The translations under genes were made by a program, and so were the position numbers. Source: a virus. Taken from it: a stretch of 51,263 bases of DNA. Where the stretch lies: IMG/VR virus record IMGVR_UViG_3300010232_000005, one strand, 5' to 3'. The notes below the pieces were generated by a model, which was not told the DNA's origin, ran no database searches, and saw nothing but the letters and a program-made list of their open reading frames with translations. How positions within the stretch are numbered: the stretch's first letter is position 1; each line of letters opens with the position of its first letter. Positions 50,061 through 51,263 of the stretch are shown piece by piece.

Positions 50061-51263
50061 GACCCGCGAAGGTCGGTGCGACACCGGTCGGGGCACGCGA
50101 CGATTAGGTCGACGTTTTCGGTCGTGTTCCACCGGCTAAGTTTCACGGTGTATTTGTTCCGGTACGCATGAAGCCGCTTCCCGCACCACACGCACCGGGC
50201 AAGTTCGTCGAAGACCGCGTCGCCCTTGTCGGTCGCTTCCCACCGGGCGGCGGGGTCGTCGAAATCGGCGTCGTCTTCGTCGTCGACACGTCGGATTAGC
50301 CCGGCGTCGCGGGCTTCCCGAAGCACGACACGCCAATTCGAATCGTTGTGTGCGACGCCGTCGGGCCGGCGAAGCCCGGTGCCGGGCGACCCGTGCCCCT
50401 TCACGCGGCGTTCGCCTTGTTTCCCCGTCGGGCACGCCGGGGCGTCGTCGACGTCGGTGTCGTCGTCGCCCGACGCGATCCATGCGGGGTAATATTTGAC
50501 GTCACGAAGCAAGTCGCGGAACTTGCCGGCGGTGACGGAAGCGAAGTCGTCGAACAGGTCTTCGACGTCGTCGGGAAGGTCGGCGTCGGCGACCGACCAT
50601 TCGGGGTCGTCTTCGCACGCGTCGCACACGGGGTCGTCTTCCGCCGGGTGCGACCGTTCGGCACCGACGTCGCGTTCGGCACCGCACCGGGCACATTCGA
50701 ACGTGTCGATATAGGCGTCGGCGACTTTTTCGGCGTCGTCGTCTTCGTACGGGTCGCCGTCGTATTCCGCCGGAACGTGTGCGTCGTCGCGCACGCCGAC
50801 TACGAACCGTGAAAGGGCAAGTCGGCGAACGATTCGGGCGGTGTCGGCCTTGTCGTCTTCGTCGGCGTCGTCGACCCATTCGTCGGGGTCGAAGTCGTCG
50901 TCGTCGACGCCATGTTCGAAGACCGTGTCGTGCGGAACGGTGACGCGGTACCACGACGGCGTTTTGTGGTTCGGCTTGTCGTCGGGCGTCGGGCGGTATC
51001 CGACCGCCGCTTCGAACGGGCACCCGTCGCCGTCGCAGGTGTGCCGAATGACGTCGCCGTCGTAATCGGTCGTAAGGTCGTGATCGGGGTGGGGGCACGT
51101 ATAGCCGCCCGTGAATCCAAGCGAATCGGCGTCGGCGGTGTCGTCGTATTGTTCGACGACCTTGTGAACGACGACGCCGTCTTCGACGACTGTGCGGATT
51201 GATTGGTCGTGTCGAATCTTAACGTCGCCCGTGTCGGGTTCAAGGTGCCCGACCCAATCGTCG
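50045..51263 (-). CDS. C-terminal part of the wrap-around MVRHT-class multi-zinc-finger protein
   Basis: The frame of track ORF 50045..50794 is open upstream all the way to the window end (…DDWVGHLEPDTGDVKIRHDQSIRTVVEDG…CPHPDH…CDGDGC…). CARCG/CDAC and CVWCG/CPDRC pairs are present. The last 5 codons overlap CRISPR repeat R3. Confidence 0.7.
   Translation of the reverse strand, partial: DDWVGHLEPDTGDVKIRHDQSIRTVVEDGVVVHKVVEQYDDTADADSLGFTGGYTCPHPDHDLTTDYDGDVIRHTCDGDGCPFEAAVGYRPTPDDKPNHKTPSWYRVTVPHDTVFEHGVDDDDFDPDEWVDDADEDDKADTARIVRRLALSRFVVGVRDDAHVPAEYDGDPYEDDDAEKVADAYIDTFECARCGAERDVGAERSHPAEDDPVCDACEDDPEWSVADADLPDDVEDLFDDFASVTAGKFRDLLRDVKYYPAWIASGDDDTDVDDAPACPTGKQGERRVKGHGSPGTGLRRPDGVAHNDSNWRVVLREARDAGLIRRVDDEDDADFDDPAARWEATDKGDAVFDELARCVWCGKRLHAYRNKYTVKLSRWNTTENVDLIVACPDRCRTDLRGSLQSL

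Overview
The window is a complete, circularly closed genome of a tailed archaeal virus. Positions 1-55 are identical to 51209-51263, so the unique length is 51,208 bp. A haloarchaeal host is inferred from the strongly acidic (D/E-rich) proteins, the GC-rich sequence, the archaeal-type genes (TFB-like, PCNA, Hjc) and TATA/BRE-type promoters about 30 nt upstream of start codons (leaderless genes). About 85% of genes are on the minus strand, and many are coupled by ATGA or TAATG overlaps.

Layout:
- 4.4-25.1 kb: siphovirus-like morphogenesis module. In transcription order it holds a portal-MuF fusion, an XkdF-type protease/scaffold, an HK97-like capsid protein, connectors, the major tail protein, G/GT chaperones with a T_TTA_AAC -1 frameshift site, the tape measure, baseplate proteins, and a low-GC fibre cassette.
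- 32.2-33.7 kb: large terminase.
- 25-50 kb: early/accessory genes. These include a Dam-like methyltransferase, PCNA preceded by a tRNA cluster, an HNH endonuclease, a trypsin-like protease and many small zinc-ribbon proteins.
- 0.4-4.4 kb: a TFB-like protein, an RHH regulator and Hjc.

I recognised no integrase, DNA polymerase or cas gene.

Most notable observations:
1. A cas-less mini-CRISPR array (3 repeats, 2 spacers) at 49880-50060. Its two spacers are reverse-complementary over 18 nt.
2. An approximately 55-nt promoter-plus-start module present 8 times, which gives six unrelated proteins the identical N-terminus MVRHT.
3. A genome-wide promoter consensus, ACCG(G/A)CAC(G/A)CTTTTAC, in the same genome as a zinc-ribbon-less TFB paralogue.

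All functional calls come from reading the translated ORFs and from motif memory; no database search was possible.
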